NCBI GenBank assembly: GCA_965153455.1
Contig: OZ234493.1
Coordinates: 27,332,213-27,396,212, forward strand
Reading direction: 5' to 3'
Length of the DNA stretch: 64,000 nucleotides
Source: Sphagnum compactum
Taxonomy: Eukaryota
The number at the start of each line of letters is the position of its first letter. The first letter of the stretch is position 1. This document shows, one piece after another, positions 53,011-64,000 of this stretch. The notes beneath the pieces were generated by a model. The model was not told the DNA's origin. It saw only the letters and a list, made by a program, of their open reading frames with translations, and made no database searches. The position numbers were made by a program, and so were the translations under genes.

Positions 53011-54472
53011 ATGTCTATGGCGACGGCGGTTCCCAGCACCAGCTTCACCGGCTCGCTGCTACGGAGGAGTAGGAGCAGCCTTTTCGGAGGAGGTCTGCAA
53101 ACCCTGCGCGTTTCTAGCCTGAGGGTACCCGGGGTGAGTTTGCGCGCCGTTCAGAAATCGGTGTGCTCGAAGCTGTCGTCTTCTTCGTCCTCGACTGACT
53201 CCGAGCAATCGGTGGCAGTGGGTGGAAGCCTTTTGGCAGGTTAGGAGGCATCTTCACACTCTGTCGAAGGATATACCTATTATGAAATATGTATGACCCA
53301 CAGAACTGTCCTGAGCTTTCCACACTTTGCAAAGACATTTAGGTCTTTCGTGAATACGCACTAGAAAACCTTGAATGCTGCCAGGGAAGGAACTAAGGAA
53401 TTGCTGAAGGAACTAAAGGGATTGCTGTGTTTTACAGACCAAGTATAACAGAAGGTTGGGAATTCTACTGCTGCAGGTGCAATGTTCACGGCAATGACAA
53501 TGCCGGATTCTGCCATCGCATCACAACAATTGATGGCCTTGGCAGCAGATGACAGCAGAGGATTTGCACTGCTTCTGCCATTGGTTCCAGCACTTGGATG
53601 GGTGCTGTTCAACATTCTACAGCCCGGTCTAAACCAGTTCAACAGAATGCGGGGGATCAAGGCTGTGGCAGCAGGTGCAGGTCTTGGGGCCGCACTAACA
53701 ACAATGATGTTAGTACCCCATGCATCAGCTGCACAGGAAATAGCAACTCTTGCTGCTGATAGTGATTCAAGGGGCTTGGTTCTGTTGGGTATTCTTGTTC
53801 CTGCTGTTGCCTGGGTTTTGTACAATATCCTGCAACCTGGTTTGAATCAGCTCGACAAGATGCGCTCCTCTAAGGCTGTGGTTGGTGCATTGGGCCTGGG
53901 AGCTGTTTCATCCATGTATTTGACCCCCCAAGCTGAAGCCATTCAGGTACATGACTGAAGCAATGTATGCTTTAGAGAAGCTGATGATTAGACAACTTTT
54001 GTATCTAAGTGGACTTGTATAGTAATTCCGCTGTGATGCTAAGAAATGTTTGCCAAGTGCAGCATATTTTCATTCACTCTTACAATCAAGCAGAACTAAT
54101 GCATTTGATTTTTTGGTATAGGAAATTGCCACTATTGCTGACAATGACTCCAGAGGGTTGGTGCTTCTGGGGATCCTCCTTCCAGCTCTAGGATGGGTTC
54201 TGTTCAACATTCTGCAGCCTGGTTTAAACCAACTTAGCAAAATGAAATCCATTAAGGGGCTTGTCATTGGTGCTGCTGGATTGGGAGCCGCAGCTTCTTC
54301 CATGATGGCTGCTGCACCAGATGCTGAAGCTGCCCAGGAGATAACACAGCTGGCTGCTGATAACCGACCCTTGATTCTTCTCTTCATTCTACTGCCAGCA
54401 ATTGGATGGGTGCTTTTCAACATTTTGCAACCTGCTTTGAATCAGCTCAACAAGATGTCTGGGAAGAAGTAG
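53011..54472 (+). CDS. psbY: Photosystem II PsbY polyprotein with four PsbY units; exons 53011-53239, 53477-53946, 54122-54472 (~349 aa)
   Basis: A Ser/Arg-rich transit peptide is followed by four copies of D(S/N)R..L...PA(L/V/I)xWVL(F/Y)NILQPxLNQxxKM. Each copy is preceded by a hydrophobic signal ending in A-x-A. GT-AG introns keep the frame. Confidence 0.93.
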
Positions 54473-55759
54473 TATAGCAGATGCTGTTTCAGTGCTGTAA
54501 TGATGGTACAGTCTGTACTCCACTGGACTATTCAGATAATATTACGGACAGGGGAAGATAAGATGGACTTATTTCAATTTGTCAATGTCATTGATCGCAC
54601 TTGCAGGGGTAAATGCAAACCTTTTTACTCATGCTAACACAACTATGCATACAATGTTTGCACTGATTTCAGCCTACTGATCTATAGAGTACATACTGTA
54701 TAATCCACAACAATGTTCGGCAATGGGAGGCAAACCCACCTTTTTTAAGAGAAGGTTTGCATGTCAGATTCTGAAAGCTGCAATAACTTCAATTTTCTTT
54801 TTGTTCTTTGGAGGTCAACTTACAACAAGCACATTCTCACATACTGCAACAATATTGTGCTTTTGTTGGAATTCGTGGAGGTATTGAATGGACATCATGA
54901 GGTGGCTAAGCAATATCTTTGCTTTTCTAGGGTTGGAACACTTCAGACTGAAATGTTTGTAGTTCATACCTTGAAGCGGCCTGAGTTGTCATGACCTTGT
55001 CATACAACTAAATCCATTCCCTGTCATTAATTAGGCAAAGTTCCTAAGTATCTGTACAGGATGGACATTTAGTACAGGATTTCCAATTTAATTGTTTGGG
55101 GGAGCCACAACTGTCTTTGACGAAAGCTCAAATTTGTTGCGATGGAGATGCATACTTTTGACAAGAATAAAAAATGACTACCTGCATCACTATATCAACT
55201 CAACCATGTACTTCCACATTCTTTCCCAACTATCACAATATATGGCAACCAATTTTGGCAATATTGCAACCACTTAAATTTTCTGCTTGCAATGTAATCT
55301 ATGACCGAAGTTTGGAAAAATTCTGGACACAATCTGCCAGCATTATTTTTCAAAATTTCCATATCAGCCAGTGTACATGTCTTTCCACTACTGCACACAA
55401 TATGCAAGCTTGCTCACTCACAAGGTGCCTAGTACCCTTGGCCTGCTCAAACTGAAAATGCTTCCATTTGTCCAGAAAAACAGTCATACAATTGTCACCA
55501 GACCTAGTGAACATGTAAGTGCACCAGATCAGTTCACAGCTGAATTCTGATGGAGAAACTGAAAACAGTGGTGTTATATGCAAGTATGCTACCATCTTCA
55601 ATCAAAGAAAAACTCAGAGACAGTAGTGGTCCACAACCACCCAATTCCTTCTACTGAGAGCTCTGACTTGATGATTCCACGCCAGTCATGCCAGTGAGAA
55701 GCAAGGGATAATCTGCCTCATTCAATAACCTGCCTGCCTGCCTTGCAACCATCAAAATT

Positions 55760-57752
55760 TTATCCTTCTTGCATTGGAGCAGGGCCATTATCTTCCCCAG
55801 GCTTTGAAAGAGGGGTGGTTCGGATTTCTGCCAAGAGTGGGGTTGCCATTGCTGGAACAAAAGGAGCCTGCACATCATAAAACACAACTTCCTTCAACCC
55901 CCTGCAAATCTGCTGCCATAGGAAGGTGGTTTGATAAAAAAATCTACCAACACCACCAAGCCAGTAGATATTGTTGATTAAAGCAATTCTTCTCCAGCTC
56001 TAATGGATGTCGACAATCCTGAGGTGGGGAGAGAGAGAGTATCAAAATCAAATAGTGGCAATGCAACAGGCACTGAGAATCTGGATACCCCTTTGGCTCT
56101 CCAAACCAGGTTAAGCAATGCATGGAAAATAAGGCCCAAATAGAAATTGTTGGTTGTGACCCAAACCTGAGCAGCTGCAAGATTCTGGGCATGAAGTTGA
56201 GGTGCCAAATTCCCTTCGCCATTGACCACTGGTGGTATCACTACTTGAGGAAGTGGATTTGAGGCATTGAAAGCCAAGTTGCTATCAGTGAATTGCCCGC
56301 TTTGTGGGGCCTCTGCCTGAGGTGGCACACTTTCATTTGCTGGTAATGCTTCGATCACTTTCTCTGGCACTGTCTTGGTTTCACCCTGGAGTCACAAAAA
56401 TCACATGTCATTGTACTTGCATCTATTATTCACTCAGGGACTAAGAAGGCCTGAAACTTTGAGCAGAAAGTGTCCTTACCAGTGTGTTGATTTCTTTCAC
56501 TTCCTTCCCAGTCTTGTTTGCATCTTCATCCGCAGGTTTTGTGAGAGGTGTTTGTGAGGCACCATTCTGCACACTCTCTTGAGGGACTTGAATTTTGTCA
56601 TCTTGGCTGGTCTCTTTTGATGTCACACTTTCCTCCTTAGTAGTGGCATTTGCTGCCACAGCCTCCTTCAGTACTTCTTCAGAAGCTTTTACTGCTTCCT
56701 TTTGCTTTTCTGTCACTTCCTTTACAGCCTGTCCAAACAGGATTGTTCCCAAATGTTGGTGGTTTGTGCTAACAAACAGGCTTCACTTAATTGTTGTATG
56801 GCATGTCATCAATGGCTGAAACTATGCCATCTTGGAACAAAATCACAAATTGTCTTCTGGAGGACTAATTGCTTCAATATTCAAATATTGGGCTATCATG
56901 CACCTGATCCCACAGTTGTAAAAGGCTGAGACCCCTAAACCATCAACCACCCTTCACCTCAAACTTCAACTCAAAGATGGCAAAAATGGTGTGGAGGCAG
57001 TCCTGTCTTTCCAAAACTATCCACACCCAATTCCAGAATCTGTATTGACGTAAAAGAGTGCCTCTGAAATGCACTGGAATTACTGATGACAGTCTGCATT
57101 ACAAATAACAAGAAACAAAAAACTCAACATGCTAACAACTTCTCTGGCCAGAAGGTCACCTGTTCAAGTTTGTCTTGAGCTTTGGCAGCCTCAGTTACAA
57201 GCTGCTGAACTCGGGCTTGGGCAGAGTCATCATGTGCTCCATCATCTCCTTCCTTGCTACTGACCAAGGTAGCATGTTCAACAGGTTTCAAGTCTCCACC
57301 AGCAGGCTGAGTCTCTTTCTGCTTCGTGGCAGTTTGTACTTCCTGCACAGATAAAAGGTAGAATATCTTCCCACAGTTTTGGACTGCAAATAGGAATCAT
57401 TGGGGAAAAGCTTTCAAGCTTAATTATCTATGCACAAATTTTGTTGAGATTCCAGCAACTGGGCTTTTTAGGGTTTCACACAACACTGCTTGCATGCATG
57501 CATACATACATAGAGAGGACGCATTTTACAAGGTAGACAGACTCTTCACACTACCCAAGGGTTTTCACAGCCAAGATTTTCCAAAGACCAGCTTACGTGA
57601 TTTGTCGTGTCGGATGCTGGCTGCTGCACTGCTGCTCCTCCGTCCTGAATATCCTTCTGCTGCTCGGGTTCTTGAGTCGCCCTTTTCGCACCAGGAGCTG
57701 GCTGTGCTTCAGCTTCCGCACCACGTTTCGTTTGTTGCTGTGGACCAGCCAT
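55760..57752 (-). CDS. Uncharacterised hydrophilic, probably disordered protein; exons 57752-57597, 57342-57160, 56728-56480, 56385-56167, 55867-55760 (~304 aa)
   Basis: Five segments join in frame through canonical GT..CAG introns, from MAGPQQQTKR to NGPAPMQEG*. Composition is consistently A/E/K/Q/T/P-rich, and no domain is recognised. Confidence 0.75.
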
Positions 57753-59849
57753 CTCTCCAAAACTCGTCTTCCTGAGAGAGACCCCCAACTACTGCAAGGA
57801 CCCAGAAAAATTGCAAGAGAATCAAAAGATTGTACTTAAAAAAAACTCTGACTCCAAAACAAACTTCTCTTCTATCAAACTTTGTATTCAAATCGAATTA
57901 AACCACAAGAGAAACGTGAAAAAAAACACCACCCACGTACAATACCAGGAAAGAAAACTCCACAAAAACAAAAACAAAAAAAGCCAAACCACAAGGTCAA
58001 CAACAACAACACAACTCTCGCACAGAAACCAGAAAGAAAACAAGTTACCGACAAAAAGTCTTATACTAGAACTCAACCAATCTGCTGGTTTTCGGTAAAT
58101 CAACCACGCAAAGAAGGAGTCGAGGCAAAAACTTGGTGCTGGAAAATGAAGCAGAAGTCAACAACACAGAAAATGCTCCGAGTGAAAGCAAGAGCAGAAG
58201 AAGAATTGGGTTGAAGTGGGACAAGAACAGGAACAAAAAAAAGGGTTTGCGGGAAAAAAGACGAGGACGACAACGATGCGAGGCAAGAGGCCAGAGAAAT
58301 CGTAGCGACAGAAATGTCGCGCTGCAGACGAAGAAGAAACGTTGAAATTGAGGAGAGAGAGAGGGAGAGAGAAAGAGAACGGGCGTGCGGGCGATGAGCG
58401 CCGTCACTGGCTTTGTATTAATTACAGGACGGGTGGCGTCATGGGCACTTGCCATGTAAGACTTTCCCGCTTTTTCCCATGTCTCTGTCCCCACTTCTTC
58501 ATCATAAGCCCCCTCCCCCCCCCCCCCTCCCCTTTCGCCGCACAATTTTTTCGTTGACAAATATACTCCCTTATAATCCAGATTTTCACATTTAAAAAAA
58601 AACCATTAAACAACAACAACAACAATAATAATAATAGTAATAATAGTCGCAATGTCCCCATATGTATTTAATTTATAGGCTTTTTATTTTCAATATTTTT
58701 TTTGGTTTCCAAAATTTGGCGAAATTTCCCAATTTTTTTCCAATTTAAAGTTTGAAAAAGAAATTCCAAACTTTTTGGTTGCCACTATGGGAAAATACGC
58801 CCCCGCCCCAAAAAAAAAGAAGAAACGTGTTCACATTTTCAGAAGTCATTAAAAAGAAAGGCCCCTAAATTTTGAAAGAATGTAAACCAGGGCTTCTTCT
58901 TTTTTTTTCAATTTTGTGATATTGAAAACTTGGCAAAATTTCCAACAATTTTCTTTTTAAACTCATGGAATACTCACGTGAAAAGTCCCGAAAAAAATCC
59001 TAATTGTTTTGTTGGAAAAAGAAATTTGCAAAAAATAAATATGTGGGGGGGAAAAAAAATTTAATGTACATTACAAATATGTGAAACTTTATTTCAATAA
59101 TTCCACTATAATGAAATATAAATGATTAAAAATATAACCCCTTATTACCCCACCCCCCAAGTAGTAGAAAAACCAAGTAGGTTGGTAAGTAAGTAGGTAG
59201 GTAGTCGGGCCTATCAAGTAGGTTGTACTAGGTACCACACCTTTGTTTTTTTTTTTTCCCCTCTCTTTTTTTTAAAAAAAAAGAAAAAAAAAAAGCAAAA
59301 GAAAGAGGCCAAGTTTTTGGTTGTACCTATCCTATTAATGAAAGTGAAACACTTGTACACTCTACACTACTTCTACATAAATTATACATGTACAAATGAC
59401 ATGTATACTAGTAACTAGTTATGGGGGATACTAGTAGCTTATGATGCTTGGGACAAGCAAATGGAGCCAATAGAGATAATAAAAAATAATGCAACTAACA
59501 ATAATAATAGTGATAGTAATAATGAAACAAGGATTCATGGAAAATGAGGGGTCTACTAGTGAATTAAACCTATAGTGCATTCCATGATAGGGTAGAATGT
59601 TCCCCGAACCATTCTATGACATTATGTAAAAGTGTGTGTAGAACCATTCTACCCTCTTTTATGCTTTGAACCTGCAAAGACTTTATTCCAAACCAAAGAA
59701 AGAGACTAGGGGTGGGGTTTAGGGTTTTCCTAATAGAAAATGGAAAGGAAAAAGGACATGGTCGGGGTTGGGTTTGATTCCTAAGTTGGGCCTAATGTCA
59801 ATGATATAGGGTTAAATTAGAAGTCATCTTACAACAAATATAATATATC

Positions 59850-60930
59850 CCTCAAGTGGTAAAGGGGGAAGGGTCAACCCCACCGCTACTACCACCCTGG
59901 GTTACAATAGTAGAAGCTTGAATCTTTTGAAAAGCTATTGAAAGATGTTGTTTGAACAAGGTAGTTTGGACCAAGATCGGTGGACCTTTGGCACCTTTTG
60001 TACCCCATGCATTGTTGGTGTAAAGGTGTAAGAAATCATTTGCTTGTTTGTGCAAATAATTGAAAATTTTATGTCGTTAAGATGAGGAATTGATTTTAAT
60101 GTTAAGCTCGCTTTACACTAGGAGTTAGGTTTGAAAACCATACAACACTTTATTTAAAAACACACTATTGATTCGAAAAAAGTATAAAAGGGGAGAATTT
60201 AAAAGACGTTAAGTTGGCACAAACTAGATGTCAAAATCTCTCTGTCTCAACAACCAACCACCTATAATAGGTCAATCGTGGCAATGGGGGCTATGTCCTA
60301 AAGTCTAAAGTCGAGAAATAACTAGGCTTAGTGATGTTGTCACTCAACTTAATATGGAGGATGCTTGCATTTTTTATAATATAATTGAAATTTTTAACAA
60401 AGAAAAGTAACCAAGATAGAAAGAGGAGGGCCTTTTGGCCCTTTGAAACTCCAAATCGCATTGGCACAATCATGTAAAAACACATCAACTTGTTTGTGTA
60501 AACATCCAAATACCTCAATTGTTAGAGGGCATAATTAATCAGTGTGGCATCTGTCACGATAACTCATTTTTTTGACTTAAGCTACATGGAAAGCAACAAA
60601 TCATTGTGTAAGATTGGGGAAGTGAATTTACATGCATTGGGTCAATTATGACAAATGTCAACTAAGGTGCGAATTCCATCTTTGTTTAAAACAATGTAAA
60701 CTTGATGATGAAAAGAGTTGAGTGTGGTCGAAGGAAACCATGTTTATTCTTGTCCCGCATGGAATACAATATTTCACCCAATTGTGGCAAAGGTAGTACA
60801 AACTTCATCATTGGTCCCCATGTGCTTTTGACCATGGGTGCAATGTAAAAGATGGATACCCATAGGATCAATGGGATTTGTGCACACACATTAGGGGAAG
60901 CCGACAATTGAAAAATGTGATAATTCAAGT
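59850..60930 (-). mobile_element. Two 3' fragments of the CRE-like non-LTR retrotransposon family
   Basis: CVCTNPIDPMGIHLLHCTHG zinc finger (~60830-60890) and FGCLHKQVDVFLHDCANAIWSFKGPKGPP (~60430-60510). A second homologous piece, HKQANDFLHLYTNNAWGTKGAKGPP...SIAFQKIQAS, lies at 59852-60055. Confidence 0.6.
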
Positions 60931-62877
60931 TGGATCTTAAGCATTGTGGAGAAAACTAGGGAAAATAATTGAAAGCCTAGGAAAATTGGTCGAATTATAA
61001 GTTAAACGTTGGCCCTCAGGCTAAAACATGATAAAATTTGAACACAATGGGCTTTAGATATCCCGTTGGAAAGTATGTTAGAGAAGGTATGATGAATTCT
61101 GAAGTCAAACCATTTGTTGCTGGATGAATTGTTCAAAAGGAAGAAGACATGTGTTTATGGGGGACAGTAGAGGATTGCATGGCCCCTTGAGGTGTTGTTG
61201 GAAAAAGAAGGAATTGTTGTCGACTTGTGTTAAAGCTTCAAGAAGGAATGGATGGACTTTTTGATGTAAAAATATGAACTGATCAATTCACTGGATTATT
61301 AAAAGAATTCAAGAATTCATATTGAATTCTGTTCCAAATTGTTTATAGTGACTAAACATGTGTTGAAGAATGATTTATAAAATTAAATGTGATTTTATTT
61401 TTTTTGTGAAACCTTAACCAAATGGTAGTTATGAACTTTTGAAAGGTTAGAATTGGACCTTGTTTTCAAAAATCCTTTTGAAATGAATTTTTTTTTGGTC
61501 AAATTTCTTGTTATCAATGGATACATAATTGAAATATCTAAATTATTTTTTATTCTTATGGACTTTATGGGTTTCCTTTTTGGATTTTCAAAGTAATTTC
61601 ACCATACCAGTTAACAATAACATTTTTCAATATGGAATTTGATCTAGATTTAAAAGAGGTTTCGTAAAGGATTGAAAGTTTAGTAGTCAAAGATTACATC
61701 AATGAAATCTTAGAATTAAAAACCCTATCCATATGGATCATTTAAAAAAACTTGTTTGTGATTGTTGTAAATGTTATATATGCCTAAAATGAGCCACTAG
61801 ACAATGCATACACCAACTTCATCATGGTCTTGGATGCCATCATCACTAATATATTAGATTCAACACAACTTATATATTGTAATACCAAAATATGATATTC
61901 CTCACCCCCTTGCCCTAGTTCTCCAAGAACCTAGACAAACAACCCCCACAAACGTCATCTAAATGGATTGGTTACCTTCACATAAAAGTTTTTTACAAAA
62001 AGCCCAAGCCATTTCAATGACTAGTTGTACCCTTCGATAGAGCTAGAAATTAATTTAAAGAAATCCTAGTTGATTATTGGTAGCAAAGTGGATGCCTAGG
62101 TATAGGGATTTCTTGAACTGGCTTCCAACACCACGATGCAAGGAAAATCATCTCTACATAGCACTAGTGAATATCTGTGTTCACTCTAGTTACGCGCCTC
62201 ACAAATAAGATCTTTGGAAGTTTTAGAACCTTCCAAATAGATGCGCATCAAACCTTAATTTATTCTTGGACTATTTTCCTTGATATTTGATTGTCCTCTT
62301 GTCACTCTCTTTTCTTTTCTTTCTTTCGAACACAAAAAAAATAAAATCAAAACTCATGATATTCAAGGCTCTTTATTAGTTTTTCCACAAGATCACTTCC
62401 CTTTAATGTCTTGCAACAATAACTCCAAAACACTTTGTGCCTGAAAGCCTAAAAACTAGCCATTCTATGAAAAATAGTTTAATTTGCAGACATTTTTTTC
62501 AACAGAAAACTACCCAAAATTGTCATCGACCAATAAGTAGCACAAATTTTAATTAACACGAGTAAAGATTTCAATTTAGTTCTTTCTTCATAGTTGCCAT
62601 ATCAACATTCCTTAGTAACTCAAGGCAAATGGAAAAGATTTTTTAAATTTCAACTTTGATTCTTAATGTAAAGCCCTTGGGGCTTATTTCAACTTTTGCA
62701 CGAATAGGAATGTTTGATTTGAATTGAACACTGGTCTTGATTCTTAATGTAAAATGGGCCTTAAATGTTGATGTTAATAACTTTGTTACTTTGATTGTGC
62801 TAATTTTAATGTATGGGTCGGTCCTATGATGTCATTAAAAAATGTTTGGTCCATTCTGATCTTGTTTATCCATCTAA

Positions 62878-63700
62878 TGTTGCAACCTTGCCTTGGGCTT
62901 ACAACCAAGGATGGGGCAACACAAAAACAAAAAGATTCAATAACAAATTAAAAAAACTTGAACACATTTGGGGGATTGAAAAGGAAGTATTTTTAGGATT
63001 TTCACTTGATGAATTCCCATTTAAAAAGTTGGGAGTTCTATAGAGTTCCAAATTTTTGGGACAAAAGTGTAACAAGGTAAACCTTATCCAACTCACAAAT
63101 TATATCATTGGAAAATTTTCAAATCATAGCTATCAAATGTGAACTTGCATTTTCCATTTGAAACTAATATTTATGAATTGTGGCCAAAAAACATTTGAGA
63201 GTGAAATTGATAATTTGATTCCTAATCATAAAAATCCAACAAAAAAGATGAATTGACCTTTGATGAAAGTGTATGACATGATGTTGAAAAGATCTTGATG
63301 AAAATTACAATGTTTTAGTCAAAAAAATTTCAATCAAATCTCATGTGAGAAAATTATGAACTTGCAAATGTGCATGACCCATAATTTGAATTTTTCAAGA
63401 CTCTCATTTCGGAGTTATGGACAAAATAGTCGTTTCAATGTAATTTCCATGGAAAGGTTTGAAGTGTATTATAGGGAGGAGGGTGGTGGATTTTTCTTAA
63501 GTCCAAGCCATGTAAATATAGTGAATCCAAAAGCAAATTCGCAACCCAAAATTGGTTTCATTTGCACTAACCACTTACATTCTCTGGTTTGTGCATGTGA
63601 CTTGTTTGTGAGGCGCCCATGATTGTCACGTCATCCTAGTCCCATCCCAAAGCCTCCACATGCCTTTCTTACCCCCCAAGTGCACAAAACTAGGGAGCAC
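62878..63700 (+). mobile_element. Degenerate copy of the solo-LTR family at 19184-20102
   Basis: Begins tgttgcaaccttgccttgggcttacaaccaagg, compared with tgtcacaaccctagccttgggctcacaatcaaag. It shares agggaggagggtggtgg, tgcactaaccactt and cctagtccccatccc near its end. Confidence 0.65.
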
Positions 63701-64000
63701 ACCTTGGTTTACATTTCGTTACACTTTGGCAATCAACAAAATGTTTACCCTTGATATTATTTGACAAGCCTAAGCACATGTCATTTAAATATTTGACTAT
63801 CATGTTCACATAATTTGATTTTAAATTTTCATAATGTTTTCGAACATAATAAATGTTGGATCTTTTGTGAAGATTTCCAATTTTGATGTCATGTTTAAAA
63901 ACATATTTGAAAAAGGTGAATAGGTAGATGTTTGTTTTGAGAATGGGGGACATTGTAACAAAAACATGTCTTTCATATTACCCTTAACATTGTAATTACA

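Noticed and set aside
53134-53139. Strong GTGAGT donor inside psbY exon 1
   Set aside because: The downstream sequence SVAVGGSLLAG-AMF matches the known PsbY signal region, so the donor at 53240 is preferred.

Overview
Eukaryotic, AT-rich plant nuclear DNA with GT-AG introns. Gene content and repeat style suggest a bryophyte, possibly Sphagnum-like (inference only). Six protein-coding genes are supported: an intronless R2R3-MYB (MYB44/73/77-like), a SKIP14/SKIP28-like F-box gene, a FLOE-family DUF1421 protein with a very Q-rich prion-like region, a divergent chloroplast ATP synthase gamma subunit (atpC), a PsbY polyprotein, and a 5-exon orphan hydrophilic protein. The rest is mostly decayed transposons and local tandem repeats. 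These include CRE-like non-LTR retrotransposon fragments, an OTU/Rep Helitron remnant, a copia gag remnant, solo LTRs, and MULE- and hAT-type MITEs with visible TSDs. The most notable locus is 47.9-54.5 kb, where two thylakoid genes are divergently transcribed and both are atypical. The atpC copy has lost one of its two thioredoxin-switch cysteines (Cys to Tyr), and psbY encodes four tandem PsbY units instead of the two known from angiosperms. Exon boundaries were read by eye, and no database searches were run.
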